Assembly (NCBI GenBank): GCA_963677435.1
Contig: OY781945.1
Coordinates: 2,336,001 to 2,400,000, forward strand
DNA: 64,000 nt
Direction: 5' to 3'
Source: an uncultured Aliarcobacter sp.
GTDB lineage: Bacteria > Campylobacterota > Campylobacteria > Campylobacterales > Arcobacteraceae
Notes under the pieces: generated by a model
What the model saw: the letters and a program-made list of their open reading frames with translations, nothing else
Told to the model about the DNA's origin: nothing
The model's database searches: none
In this document: positions 48,638 through 58,811 of the stretch, in pieces
Layout of the letters: every line of letters starts with the position of its first letter
How positions within the stretch are numbered: position 1 is the first letter of the stretch
Program-made: the position numbers and the translations under genes

Positions 48638-49963
48638 ATGGATCCGCAAATATTAGCAATCATGATGATTGTATCTCTTTTTACACTTATTTTATTAGGA
48701 ATTCCAGTTGCCTTTGCAATTGCAGGTGCTGGACTTGCTTTTGGACTTATGGGTATTGATTCTAATTTATTTAACTTACTTCCATCAAGAATTTTTGGGG
48801 TATTAACAAATTATACAATGCTAGCTATTCCTTTATTTGTGTTTATGGGAATATTATTAGAAAAATCCAGATTAGCTGAAAAAATGCTAGATGTTTTAGG
48901 ACTATTATCTGGTAAAAAACCTGGTGGAATGGCCATTGCCATTATTGTTGTTGGTATTCTTATGGGTGCTTCAACGGGAATTGTTGGAGCTACAGTTGTA
49001 ACACTTACCATGATAGCTTTACCAACATTGTTAAAAAGAAATTATAGTCATAGTGTTTCGTGTGGTACTATTTGTGCCTCTGGAACTTTAGGTCAAATTT
49101 TGCCTCCAAGTTTAGTTCTTATTTTACTTGCAGATATTAGTGGGGAAGCAATAGGTCCTTTATTTGCAGCGGCGCTTATTCCAGGTCTTCTTTTAGCTGG
49201 ATGTTATATTTTATATATAATACTTTTAAGTAAATTTGCACCACATATTGTTCCACCAATTGATGAAGAAGAGAGAGCTTTATATTCAAAAAAAGAGTTA
49301 TGGATAGAGTTCTTTAAATCTGTTGCGCCACCATTTCTTTTGATTTTTGCTGTTTTAGGTTCTATTATTGGAGGACTTGCAGCTCCCACAGAAGCTGCTT
49401 CAATGGGTGCAATTGGTTCATTAATTATTGTTTTTTTTAGTAAAAGATTAACATTAAACATTTTAAAAGAGACTTTATATGAAACTATGAAAGTTACTGG
49501 GATGATTATGTTTGTTCTTATCGCCTCTCAAGTTTTTTCATTAAGCTTTAGGGGATTAGATGGGGATTATTTGGTTGAAGATCTCTTTGCTGCAATACCT
49601 GGAGGGATGTGGGGATCTATTTTATTTATGATGGTTATTCTTTTTATTTTAGGATTTTTTCTAGAATGGATTGAAATTTCATATATTGTATTACCTTTGG
49701 TATTACCAATATTCCATGCACTAGATATAAATATGATTTGGTTAGGAATTTTAGTTGCTCTAAATCTTCAAACCTCATTTTTAACACCTCCTTTTGGTTG
49801 GTCCTTATTCTTTTTAAAAGGAGTAGCGCCAAAAGAGATTAAAACAATTGAAATTTATAAGGGTGTATTGCCTTTTATTGCAATTCAAATTATAGTAATT
49901 GCCTTAGTAATGATTTTTCCAGAAATAGCCTTATGGCTACCAAAAACAATAGGATGGATGTAA
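48638..49963 (+). CDS. TRAP transporter large permease (DctM)
   Basis: GIPVAF, LAIPLFVFMG, ASGTLGQILPPS, PTEAA, NLQTSFLTPPFG. Confidence 0.95.
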   Translation: MDPQILAIMMIVSLFTLILLGIPVAFAIAGAGLAFGLMGIDSNLFNLLPSRIFGVLTNYTMLAIPLFVFMGILLEKSRLAEKMLDVLGLLSGKKPGGMAIAIIVVGILMGASTGIVGATVVTLTMIALPTLLKRNYSHSVSCGTICASGTLGQILPPSLVLILLADISGEAIGPLFAAALIPGLLLAGCYILYIILLSKFAPHIVPPIDEEERALYSKKELWIEFFKSVAPPFLLIFAVLGSIIGGLAAPTEAASMGAIGSLIIVFFSKRLTLNILKETLYETMKVTGMIMFVLIASQVFSLSFRGLDGDYLVEDLFAAIPGGMWGSILFMMVILFILGFFLEWIEISYIVLPLVLPIFHALDINMIWLGILVALNLQTSFLTPPFGWSLFFLKGVAPKEIKTIEIYKGVLPFIAIQIIVIALVMIFPEIALWLPKTIGWM

Positions 49964-49964
49964 T

Positions 49965-51560
49965 ATGAATAATTTACCTTTAACTCAAACCTCTCAAAAC
50001 GGTATGGTTGTTTCACCACACCATAGTGCCTCAGATGCAGGAGTTGAAATATTAAAAAATGGGGGTAATGCAATAGAGGCAGCAATAGCTGTAGCTGCCT
50101 CTTTAGCTGTGCATTATCCTCACATGACAGGAATTGGTGGAGATGCTTTTTGGCTTATTTATGACCCAAAAGAGGGAGTTAGTTTTATTGAGGCATCAGG
50201 ATATTCTGGATTTGATATAAATATGGAATTATATAAAGATGTTAAACAAATTCCTTTTAGAGGAAAATTAGCTGCAAATAGTGTTGCAGGAGCAGTTTCT
50301 GCATGGAATTTGGCTTACAAAAAAAGTGAAACGGAATGGAAAGGAACTATTTCTAAAACGCAACTTATGTCAGAAGCAGTGGATTCAGCAAAAAATGGAA
50401 TAGTAGTAACTCAATCTTTATCTCAAACTTTAGAAGATAAAAAAGAAGAACTTTTTTCAGATTCAGATTTTGCTGATGTTTATTATCCAAAAGGTTTAAC
50501 CCCTAAAAAAGGAGATAAATTAATCCAAACAAAGTTATCACAAACTTTAAAATCTCTTGGGGAAAAAGGCTTTGATGATTTTTATAGGGGTGATTTATCA
50601 AAAGATATTGCCAATGATTTTTTGACTAAAAAAGGTTTTATAACATTAAAAGATTTACAAGAGCATGAAGCAAGTTGGAAAACTCCACTTGAATTAAAAA
50701 CAACCCATGCAAAATTATTTAATGCTTCAGCTCCAACTCAAGGGGTTGCTTCTTTAATGATTTTAGGGCTTTTTGATAGATGGGTTGAAAAACTTCCATC
50801 AAAAGATTCTTCAAATCATATTCATCTTTTAGTTGAAGCTACAAAAATAGCTTTTAGACATAGGGATAAAATGAGTACTTCTGCAACTTCAGAAGAACTC
50901 CAAGCTTGGCTTGAACCAGAATACTTAGACAAACTAAGTGAAGAAATAGATTTAGAAAAAACAATACAATGGGGCAAAAATAGTGCACCAGGAGACACAA
51001 CTTGGTTTGGTGCAATTGATTCAAAAGGTAGAGTTGTAAGTGCAATTCAAAGTATTTATCATGAGTTTGGAAGTGGATTAATGTTACCAGAAACTGGAAT
51101 TGTTTGGCAAAATAGAGGATGTAGTTTTTCTTTGGATTCTTCTCATATTCAATCTTTAATGCCACATAAAAAGCCATTTCATACACTAAATCCAGCAATT
51201 GCACTTTTTAATGATGGAAGAGTTATGGCATATGGAACAATGGGTGGAGATGGACAACCACAAACTCAAGCTGCTATTTTTTCTAGATATGCATATTATG
51301 ATGAAGATTTACAAACAGCAATAAATAACCCAAGATGGTTATTAGGTAGAACTTGGGGAAATTCTTCTGAAAGTTTAAAACTTGAATCAAGATTTGATGA
51401 AAAGTTAATTGAGGAATTAAAAGCAAAAGGTCATGATGTTGAAATCTTAACAGAATTAGATTCTGCAGTTGGACATGCAGGAGCATTAGTTTATGATACA
51501 TCAAAAATAATAAAAGGGGCATTTGACCCAAGAAGTGATGGTAAAGCATCAAGCTTCTAA
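49965..51560 (+). CDS. Gamma-glutamyltransferase-family Ntn hydrolase, HpxW (oxamate amidohydrolase)-like
   Basis: GMVVSPHH, YPHMTGIGGD, autoprocessing PGD|TTW (Thr345), QSIYHEFGSG, WQNRG, PFHTLNP, GTMGGDGQPQ, PRWLLGRTWG, DPRS. Matches my recollection of Klebsiella HpxW better than canonical GGT. Confidence 0.8.
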   Translation: MNNLPLTQTSQNGMVVSPHHSASDAGVEILKNGGNAIEAAIAVAASLAVHYPHMTGIGGDAFWLIYDPKEGVSFIEASGYSGFDINMELYKDVKQIPFRGKLAANSVAGAVSAWNLAYKKSETEWKGTISKTQLMSEAVDSAKNGIVVTQSLSQTLEDKKEELFSDSDFADVYYPKGLTPKKGDKLIQTKLSQTLKSLGEKGFDDFYRGDLSKDIANDFLTKKGFITLKDLQEHEASWKTPLELKTTHAKLFNASAPTQGVASLMILGLFDRWVEKLPSKDSSNHIHLLVEATKIAFRHRDKMSTSATSEELQAWLEPEYLDKLSEEIDLEKTIQWGKNSAPGDTTWFGAIDSKGRVVSAIQSIYHEFGSGLMLPETGIVWQNRGCSFSLDSSHIQSLMPHKKPFHTLNPAIALFNDGRVMAYGTMGGDGQPQTQAAIFSRYAYYDEDLQTAINNPRWLLGRTWGNSSESLKLESRFDEKLIEELKAKGHDVEILTELDSAVGHAGALVYDTSKIIKGAFDPRSDGKASSF

Positions 51561-51576
51561 ATAAGGACAAATTTTT

Positions 51577-52383
51577 ATGAATGAATTATTAGTTTTAGTG
51601 CCAATTTTGTTAGCAAGTGGTGTAGTAGCAGGTTTACTAGCAGGTTTACTTGGTGTTGGTGGAGGAATTGTAATTGTTCCAATGCTTTATCATATTTTTA
51701 TCTATATGAATATTGATATTTCAATTGCAATGCCTTTATCTATAGGAACTTCATTATCTACAATTGTAGTTACATCAATTATTTCTTCTAGATCACATTA
51801 TAAAAAAGGAGGTATTGATTTAGAATTAACAAAAAGATGGATACCTTTTGTAATCTTAGGAGTAATAATTGGTACATTCACATCAAAATATATTGATGGC
51901 AATGGATTGAAATTTATGTTTGGAATTTTACTTTTATCCGTATCTTTACATATGATTATTAGTAGTTTTAAAAGTCTTGTGATAGCAAAAAAACTTCCAA
52001 ATAATTTTGGACAATCTATTTTTGCACTATTAGTTGGAGGATTTGCATCTTTATTAGGAATTGGTGGAGGAACATTAATGGTTCCTCTTTTAACACTTTT
52101 TTCTGTTCCAATTCATAGAGCTGTAAGTACAGCTTCTATATTTGGTTTAATTATTAGTATCCCAGCAACAATTGCTTATATAATAGTTGGTTGGGATGTG
52201 CCTAATTTACCCCTTGCTTCAACTGGTTATATAAATTGGATTGCTTTTATTGTTTTAGTTCCAATGACTATGCTTTTTGCCCCGTTAGGTGTTAAACTAG
52301 CATATACTTTAAATGTAAAACAATTAAAATTAGCTTTTGCAATTTTTTTGGCTTGTGTTGGTTTAAAAATGGTTTTAGTTTAA
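51577..52383 (+). CDS. TSUP / TauE-SafE family membrane exporter
   Basis: Duplicated GLLGVGGG / SLLGIGGG motifs, GTSL, ~8 TMs. Confidence 0.9.
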   Translation: MNELLVLVPILLASGVVAGLLAGLLGVGGGIVIVPMLYHIFIYMNIDISIAMPLSIGTSLSTIVVTSIISSRSHYKKGGIDLELTKRWIPFVILGVIIGTFTSKYIDGNGLKFMFGILLLSVSLHMIISSFKSLVIAKKLPNNFGQSIFALLVGGFASLLGIGGGTLMVPLLTLFSVPIHRAVSTASIFGLIISIPATIAYIIVGWDVPNLPLASTGYINWIAFIVLVPMTMLFAPLGVKLAYTLNVKQLKLAFAIFLACVGLKMVLV

Positions 52384-52453
52384 ATTATTTAGTTAATATT
52401 TTATTCAACTTATATATGGTGAAGATATAAGTATATTTACAAGGAAGAAAGTA

Positions 52454-52864
52454 ATGATAAAAACACCATTTTTAGCAGTTGATGGAATTATAAAATTATA
52501 TGATGAAAAAGAAAATTTTAGAGGTATTGTTTTAATTGAGCGATTAAACAGACCTCTTGGTATGGCAATTCCTGGCGGATTTGTAGATATTGGAGAAACT
52601 GTTGAAAATGCAGTTGTAAGAGAGATGAAAGAAGAGACTTCTTTGGATGTTACAATTGAAAAACTTCTTGGGGTTTATTCAGACCCAGAAAGGGATGAAA
52701 GATTTCATACAGCATCTATTGTTTATGTTTGTAAAGCCTATGGTGAACCTCTTGCTCAAGATGATGCAAAAGAGGTTTATGTATATAAAAAAGATGAAAT
52801 TCCACTTGAAAAATTGGTTTTTGACCATAAGAAAATTATTTTAGATTTTTTAAAAGGGGAATAA
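52454..52864 (+). CDS. NUDIX hydrolase
   Basis: Nudix box PGGFVDIGETVENAVVREMKEETSL. Confidence 0.95.
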   Translation: MIKTPFLAVDGIIKLYDEKENFRGIVLIERLNRPLGMAIPGGFVDIGETVENAVVREMKEETSLDVTIEKLLGVYSDPERDERFHTASIVYVCKAYGEPLAQDDAKEVYVYKKDEIPLEKLVFDHKKIILDFLKGE

Positions 52865-52887
52865 TCTATTTTATCCTCCTTTATGAA

Positions 52888-52915
52888 TATTCCCAACAAA
52901 AAAAAGTTGGGAATA
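52888..52915. repeat. REP-like palindrome copy 3 / bidirectional terminator
   Basis: TATTCCCAAC-AAAAAAAA-GTTGGGAATA between convergent genes. Confidence 0.6.
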
Positions 52916-52927
52916 AAAAGAAAAGTT

Positions 52928-53653
52928 TTATTTATTCAAAATAGCGTAATTTTTACAAGCTTTTGTATTTCCAGCATCACAAGCTTTTTTGAATAACTCT
53001 TTTGCCTTATCTTTATTTTTTGCTGCACCTTGTCCTTTTTCATACATAAGTCCAAGATTATTACATGCTTTATCATTTTTTAAATCACAAGCTTTTATAT
53101 AAAACTCTTTTGCTTTTAAATAATCTTTTTTTACACCTTGAGCTTTGCTATACATGACTCCTAAATTATGACAAGCAGAAGCATCATTTGCATCACAAGC
53201 TTTTGTAAAATATTCTTTTGCCTTTAGATAATCTTTTTTTACTACTTCACCACTATAATAAACAAAGCCAACATTGTAACATCCAAAAGAGTCTCCACCT
53301 TTACAAGCTTTTGCATATAAATCTTTTGCTTTTAAAGAGTCTTTTTTTACTCCTTTTCCAGCATCGTACATAAGCCCTAGATTATAACAACTAAAAGCAT
53401 GTCCAGCATCGCAGGCTTTTGTATATAATTTCTGAGCTTTTAAGTAATCTTGTTTTACTTTTTTCCCATTGTAATACATAACAGCCAGATTATAACAAGC
53501 CCTTGAATCATTGCTTTTACAAGCTTTTTGAAATAAGCTAATTGCTTTTTTAATTTCACCTTTTTCTTGTAATATTATTGCTGAATCAAAATCACTTGCA
53601 TTTAAATTCATACTTAAAATAGATACTAAAATTGAAAATATAATCCTTTTCAT
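52928..53653 (-). CDS. Cys-rich Sel1-repeat protein (Hcp-like), exported
   Basis: Signal peptide and ~5 repeats of ACYNLxxMY..G.GVKKD..KA...Y.KAC. Confidence 0.93.
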   Translation of the reverse strand: MKRIIFSILVSILSMNLNASDFDSAIILQEKGEIKKAISLFQKACKSNDSRACYNLAVMYYNGKKVKQDYLKAQKLYTKACDAGHAFSCYNLGLMYDAGKGVKKDSLKAKDLYAKACKGGDSFGCYNVGFVYYSGEVVKKDYLKAKEYFTKACDANDASACHNLGVMYSKAQGVKKDYLKAKEFYIKACDLKNDKACNNLGLMYEKGQGAAKNKDKAKELFKKACDAGNTKACKNYAILNK

Positions 53654-53775
53654 TTCATCTCCTTTTTAAAATTTATTTATTATACAAAATAAATATTAAT
53701 ATTCTCGCGTAATAGATTTTTTTTAAAGGAGAGAAAGAAGATGTTAAAACTTAAGAATTTAACTAAATAATCTTT

Positions 53776-54174
53776 TTATTTGCACTTCTCATGTAAATCT
53801 TTTAATTCCAAATTCAAGGCATTTGAAGAGATATAAACTTCCCATAATGAGATACATAAAGATAAACACATTGTAAGTAAACTTAATCCAAATATTTGTT
53901 TACCAACAGGATAAAAACCTAAAAATAAAGCGAACATTGAAACTGTACACATAAGCATTGAAACAACTCCAAAAAATTGCATCCATTTTGTAAGTTCAAG
54001 TCTTTTTTTTAAATTATCAATTTGTCCTACAAGTTCTTGTCCACCATGTGTTCTTGCTTGATGACTGATTGAACGAATAAGTTGTCCAGTTGTTAAAAAT
54101 CGATTTGTATATGCTAAAAGAAGTAATGAGATTGCAGGGAATAATAAAGCAGGTGTTGATATTTCTATTTCCAT
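53776..54174 (-). CDS. DUF2721-like membrane protein
   Basis: TPALLFPAISLLLLAYTNRF...SLWEVYISSNAL pattern; three TMs. Confidence 0.75.
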   Translation of the reverse strand: MEIEISTPALLFPAISLLLLAYTNRFLTTGQLIRSISHQARTHGGQELVGQIDNLKKRLELTKWMQFFGVVSMLMCTVSMFALFLGFYPVGKQIFGLSLLTMCLSLCISLWEVYISSNALNLELKDLHEKCK

Positions 54175-54308
54175 AAAAAGCCTTTAAATTTTTTTGTATT
54201 ATAACAAAAGAAAAAGAAATAAAATTTAAGAGATAAATTGGGTGAAGAAATAGTATAAAAAGCAAAAAGTTAAATTTTATTTATAAAATCTAACTCTTTA
54301 AAATAACT

Positions 54309-54974
54309 CTATTCAGCAGTACCTAACTCGCCACCGATTCTTGCAAAAAGAAGTAAACTTCCCACATCTAAAGCACGATCAGCAATTTTTTCACTTTTTC
54401 TCAAAGCTCTTAAGATTTTTGTGAATTTACCAAAATCCTCTATATTTGGAGCTTTTTTATAAATATTATCTTGTAATAATTCATAATATTCATCAGTTTT
54501 ATTTTCTGAAACAATAATATTGTTAAAAGACTCTTGTGTTTCTTCATTTGAAGTTGCTTTTATCATTTTTACAACAGCTGTTAAACAATCTATTGTTGAT
54601 TTTTGCATAGGAACAGCAAACTCTTTTACTGTTGTTTCATCTAATTCCGTACAATAATTGCTAAGTCCAGAAATAAATGTTCTTGTATTTGAAGATGCTC
54701 TCAAAAGTTCATTTGAAATTTTAAAAAATGATACTGCAAATCTTAAATCTTTTGCTTCAGGTGAATAAAGAGCCAATATTTTAACTATAGAGTTATCAAT
54801 ATCAGTAGTTCTATTACTCATGTTTTTTAGATTGCTTTTAGCGTTATCCAATAACTCTTTATTACACTCTTGTAAACCTGTCAGTATAATTTTATTTGCC
54901 TCTAAGATGTCTTCTGTGATTGATAACATCTTACCATTGATTTCGTCCAATTTATCGCTATAATCTTTTAACAT
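54309..54974 (-). CDS. phoU: Phosphate signalling protein PhoU
   Basis: LALYSPEAKDLR, EKIADRA; follows pstB with a TGATG overlap. Confidence 0.9.
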   Translation of the reverse strand: MLKDYSDKLDEINGKMLSITEDILEANKIILTGLQECNKELLDNAKSNLKNMSNRTTDIDNSIVKILALYSPEAKDLRFAVSFFKISNELLRASSNTRTFISGLSNYCTELDETTVKEFAVPMQKSTIDCLTAVVKMIKATSNEETQESFNNIIVSENKTDEYYELLQDNIYKKAPNIEDFGKFTKILRALRKSEKIADRALDVGSLLLFARIGGELGTAE

Positions 54975-55756
54975 CACCCAAATCTCCCCGTAATATAATC
55001 TTCTGTTTTCTTTTGCTCAGGGTTAATAAAAATCTTATCTGTTTCATTAAATTCTATTAAATCCCCAAGATACATAAATGCAGTATAATTACTTATACGG
55101 CTTGCTTGTTGCATATTGTGTGTAACAATTGCGATACTTACATCTTTTTTTAACTCTACAATTAACTCTTCAATAGCAGCAGTTGAGATTGGATCAAGTG
55201 CAGATGTTGGTTCATCAAAAAGTAAAAGTTCAGGTTTTAAAGCAACTGCTCTTGCAATACATAATCTTTGTTGTTGTCCACCACTTAATCCCATAGCACT
55301 TTTATTCATACGATCTTTTACTTCACCAAATAAAGCACTTCCTTTTAAAGCCATTTCAACTCGACCTTCTAATTCACTTTTACTTTTAATTCCTGATATT
55401 CTTAAACCATAAGCAACATTATCAAATATACTCATAGGAAATGGTGTTGGTTTTTGAAATATCATACCAACTCTTTGTCTTAACTGAATAAACTCATTCT
55501 CTTTTTTAATATCAAGAATATTTTCCATCTGTTTTTTTTCTTCATTTAAAAGCATAACTTTGCCCTCGTATTTATTACCAGGATATAAATCATGAATTCT
55601 ATTTAAAGATCTAAGAAGTGTTGACTTACCACATCCACTAGGTCCGATTAAAGCTGTTATAGTGTTTCTTTTAATTTTTAAGTTAATATTATTTAATGAT
55701 CTAGTTTGCGCTGAGGCATAAGTAAAACTAAAATCTTCTATAGTCATTATTGGCAT
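54974..55756 (-). CDS. pstB: Phosphate ABC transporter ATP-binding protein
   Basis: [47 protein letters not shown]. Confidence 0.97.
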   Translation of the reverse strand: MPIMTIEDFSFTYASAQTRSLNNINLKIKRNTITALIGPSGCGKSTLLRSLNRIHDLYPGNKYEGKVMLLNEEKKQMENILDIKKENEFIQLRQRVGMIFQKPTPFPMSIFDNVAYGLRISGIKSKSELEGRVEMALKGSALFGEVKDRMNKSAMGLSGGQQQRLCIARAVALKPELLLFDEPTSALDPISTAAIEELIVELKKDVSIAIVTHNMQQASRISNYTAFMYLGDLIEFNETDKIFINPEQKKTEDYITGRFG

Positions 55757-55761
55757 TATTG

Positions 55762-56565
55762 TTATCCTTTGTGTCTTGTAGTGTATCTTCCAATTAGGTT
55801 AATAAATAAAACCAAAATTGTAAGTATAAATGATGCTGCCCAAGCTAAATCTCTACTAGCTTCAGTAGGGTCATTTGCTAGGTTATAAATACTTACCGTC
55901 AAAGATGGGTAAGCTTCTGTCAAATCTAAACTAAAAAAGTTACTTGTTTCACTTGTAAAAAGTAAAGGTGCTGTTTCACCTATGATTCTTGCAAATGATA
56001 GAAGTAAACCTGTCATTATCCCAACTTTTGCAGCTTTGATAATAATATCTAAGATAACTCTGTACTTACTAGCACCAAGTGCCATACCAGCTTCTCTTAA
56101 TTCTCTAGGAACCAGTGATAACATATTATCAGTTGTATTAATTACAATTGGAATCATCATCACTGCAAGTGCAATACTTCCTGCAAATCCACTTGTTCCT
56201 CCTGTTGGAACTACAACAACTGCATATACGAATGCTCCAATAACAATTGAAGGAGCACTCATCATAATATCACTTAGGTCTCTTATTAATCTAACGAATT
56301 TACCACTTCCATACTCTTGAAGATAAATTCCAGCTAACATACCAATTGGAATACCAATACAAGATGCAATTCCAGCAATAATAAATTGACCAATAATTAG
56401 ATTTCTAAGTCCACCATCAATTAAATCTGTAAAAAATAGTGAAAGGTGAAAAGACGAAAGTCCTTTTACCATTAAAGTTACTAATATCCAACCTAAAAAC
56501 GCTAAACCAACTAGAGCAGAAAGAGTTGAAAGTATTAATATAATTTTATTTGTAAGTAATCTCAT
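55762..56565 (-). CDS. pstA: Phosphate ABC transporter permease
   Basis: [29 protein letters not shown]. Confidence 0.95.
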   Translation of the reverse strand: MRLLTNKIILILSTLSALVGLAFLGWILVTLMVKGLSSFHLSLFFTDLIDGGLRNLIIGQFIIAGIASCIGIPIGMLAGIYLQEYGSGKFVRLIRDLSDIMMSAPSIVIGAFVYAVVVVPTGGTSGFAGSIALAVMMIPIVINTTDNMLSLVPRELREAGMALGASKYRVILDIIIKAAKVGIMTGLLLSFARIIGETAPLLFTSETSNFFSLDLTEAYPSLTVSIYNLANDPTEASRDLAWAASFILTILVLFINLIGRYTTRHKG

Positions 56566-57506
56566 TAATTAGCCTTTCTTAAAAAATAGAACTTAGCAAT
56601 TGATATAACTAAAAAACTAATTATGAATAATAAAAATGCCAAATAAAACAGTGACGATAAAGCAAGACCAGAAGATTCACCAAAGTTATTTGCCATTGCA
56701 ACTGGGATTGATACTGTTGGGTCATTTAGTTTTTGTGGTAAAACAAATATTGAACCTATTAAAAAAGCAACTGCCATTGTTTCACCTAAAGCTCTACCAA
56801 GTGCTAGAATAATTGAACCTATAATTCCTTTTTTTGAATAAGGAAAAATAATATCTTTGATAACTTCAAATTTTGTAGCACCTAAAGCATAAGCTGACTC
56901 TTTTAATACATCAGGAGTTGTTCTCATACTATCTCTTGTAATTGCTGCCATAAATGGAAGAATCATAACTCCAAGAACAAGTCCAGCGGTTAGTAGTGAT
57001 ACTTGATAACCTCCAACTACACTTTGAACTATAGGAGCAAAATAAAATAAACCCCACATACCAAAAATAATACTTGGAATCGCAGCAAGAAGTTCAATGG
57101 CAATTCCAACAACATTTGAAATATTTTTAGGAGCAATTTCTGCTAAAAACACTGCAATTCCCATAGCAATTGGCAAAGCAAAAGCCATAGCAATTAAAGT
57201 AGAAAGTAAAGTACCAACAATTGGTACTAACCCACCATAAATAGTTCTAGTAATTGTGTCATCATAACCCATAAGTAGTTCATCATAAACTATAGGTTTT
57301 TCAACAGCAACTTTTTCAGCAGGTTTATCTGAGGGATTTACTTCAATAGGAACATCTTTTCCCCAAGCAGATTCACTTACAAATCCTAAACCAAACTCTT
57401 CAATAGCAGGCTTTGCAGAATTAAAAAGACTAATAAAAATAGCCACAAGTACAATTAGTACAAAACTTGCACTAATCAAAGAAAGATTTTTAAAGATTTT
57501 TTCCAT
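56565..57506 (-). CDS. pstC: Phosphate ABC transporter permease
   Basis: ELLAAIPSIIFGMWG, ESAYALGAT, LGRALGETMAV. Confidence 0.95.
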   Translation of the reverse strand: MEKIFKNLSLISASFVLIVLVAIFISLFNSAKPAIEEFGLGFVSESAWGKDVPIEVNPSDKPAEKVAVEKPIVYDELLMGYDDTITRTIYGGLVPIVGTLLSTLIAMAFALPIAMGIAVFLAEIAPKNISNVVGIAIELLAAIPSIIFGMWGLFYFAPIVQSVVGGYQVSLLTAGLVLGVMILPFMAAITRDSMRTTPDVLKESAYALGATKFEVIKDIIFPYSKKGIIGSIILALGRALGETMAVAFLIGSIFVLPQKLNDPTVSIPVAMANNFGESSGLALSSLFYLAFLLFIISFLVISIAKFYFLRKAN

Positions 57507-57577
57507 TAAGATACCAATTCTTTATAAATTTTAAAAAATGCATAAAATACACTTTTAAAAACCTATTTTTTTAAATA

Positions 57578-57609
57578 AAAACAGCTTGAAAAAAATTTCA
57601 AGCTGTTTT
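57578..57609 (-). terminator. Hairpin between pstS and pstC
   Basis: AAAACAGCTTGAAA-AAAA-TTTCAAGCTGTTTT. Confidence 0.72.
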
Positions 57610-57623
57610 CATATCAAAAGATA

Positions 57624-58628
57624 TTATTTAATACCGTTTGCAGTCCAGTATTCGCTAATTTTTTTAGTTAATGCTTCAGGAAGTGGAACAAATCCTAACT
57701 CAGTTGCAAGAGATTGACCATTTTTAAATGACCAGTCGTAGAATGCTGTAACTTTTTTGTCCATTTCAATATTTTCTTTTGGTACTAAAATGAATGTAGC
57801 AGCAACAATTGGGTATGCATCTTTACCAGCTGGGTCAGCAATTACAGCAAAGAAATCTTTTTTAGGATCAAGATCAGCATTTGCAGCTGCAGCTTGGAAA
57901 GCTTTTAATTCAGGAGCGATAAATGCACCTTCTTTATTTTCAATTCCTGCCATTTGAAGTTGATTACTTGTAGCATCTGCATAATCAACATAACCAATAG
58001 AATAAGGAGTTTGTTTAATAAGTGTAGCTACACCTGTATTTCCTTTTCCACCAACATGGTGATCACCTGGCCAGTTAAGATCTTTTTTCACACCGAATTG
58101 TTCTTTCCAGTCATTTGAAATTTTACTTAAGAAGTAAGTAAAGTTAAATGTAGTTCCTGAACCATCAGCTCTATGAACAAAAGTGATTTTTTCATGTGGA
58201 AGTTTTACACCTTTATTTGCAGATGCAATAACATCATTATCCCAATATTCAATATTTCCTAAAGCAATACCAGAAATAGCAGCTCTACTTAAATTTAATT
58301 TAGGAGTATTTGGAATGTTATAACTCATAGTAATAGCACCAACAACCCCTGGGAATTGTAATAATTTATCAGCAGCTAATTTAGAAGGATCTAAAGGAGC
58401 ATCAGTACCTGCGAAATCAACAGTTTTTTCAACTGCATCTTTAATACCTGCTGAACTACCTTTTGAAATATAATCTATTTCAATTCCTGTTGCTTTATGA
58501 TAAGCACCAATCCATGATTGATAAACGCTAAATGGGAATGATGCCCCACTACCTTTGAAATCTGCAGCAGACACTGATGTAGTTAACATAAGTGCAGCTA
58601 ACGGAGCTAATAATGCAATTTTTTTCAT
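57624..58628 (-). CDS. pstS: Phosphate-binding protein
   Basis: GSGASFP, GSSAG, VDFAGTD, HRADGSGTT, YPIVAATF. Confidence 0.97.
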   Translation of the reverse strand: MKKIALLAPLAALMLTTSVSAADFKGSGASFPFSVYQSWIGAYHKATGIEIDYISKGSSAGIKDAVEKTVDFAGTDAPLDPSKLAADKLLQFPGVVGAITMSYNIPNTPKLNLSRAAISGIALGNIEYWDNDVIASANKGVKLPHEKITFVHRADGSGTTFNFTYFLSKISNDWKEQFGVKKDLNWPGDHHVGGKGNTGVATLIKQTPYSIGYVDYADATSNQLQMAGIENKEGAFIAPELKAFQAAAANADLDPKKDFFAVIADPAGKDAYPIVAATFILVPKENIEMDKKVTAFYDWSFKNGQSLATELGFVPLPEALTKKISEYWTANGIK

Positions 58629-58660
58629 TTTGAATAACCTTTTTTAATTTGTTCATCGAA

Positions 58661-58771
58661 ATTATAAACTCACTTGATTACAAATTGGTTGCATTAAATT
58701 TTACTAATAAGTTAATATGTATATTCAATTTATATTCCTTACTACTATAGTAGTAGTAATCATATTGTAAT
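58661..58771. promoter_or_regulatory. pstS/MCP divergent promoter with pho-box-like 11-bp direct repeats
   Basis: Minus strand TGCAAC/TGTAAT spaced 11 bp (58693-58677) ahead of TATAAT (58666-58661). Plus strand GTAAT at 58756 and 58767. Perfect palindrome TACTACTATAGTAGTA at 58740-58755. Confidence 0.5.
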
Positions 58772-58811
58772 TAGAATATGTCATATTATAATTATTATTT
58801 AATCACAAAGG

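Noticed and set aside
52928..53653. Repetitive DNA suggesting a CRISPR array or tandem repeat
   Set aside because: These are in-frame 108-bp Sel1 protein repeats. No repeat-spacer array or cas genes were seen anywhere in the window.
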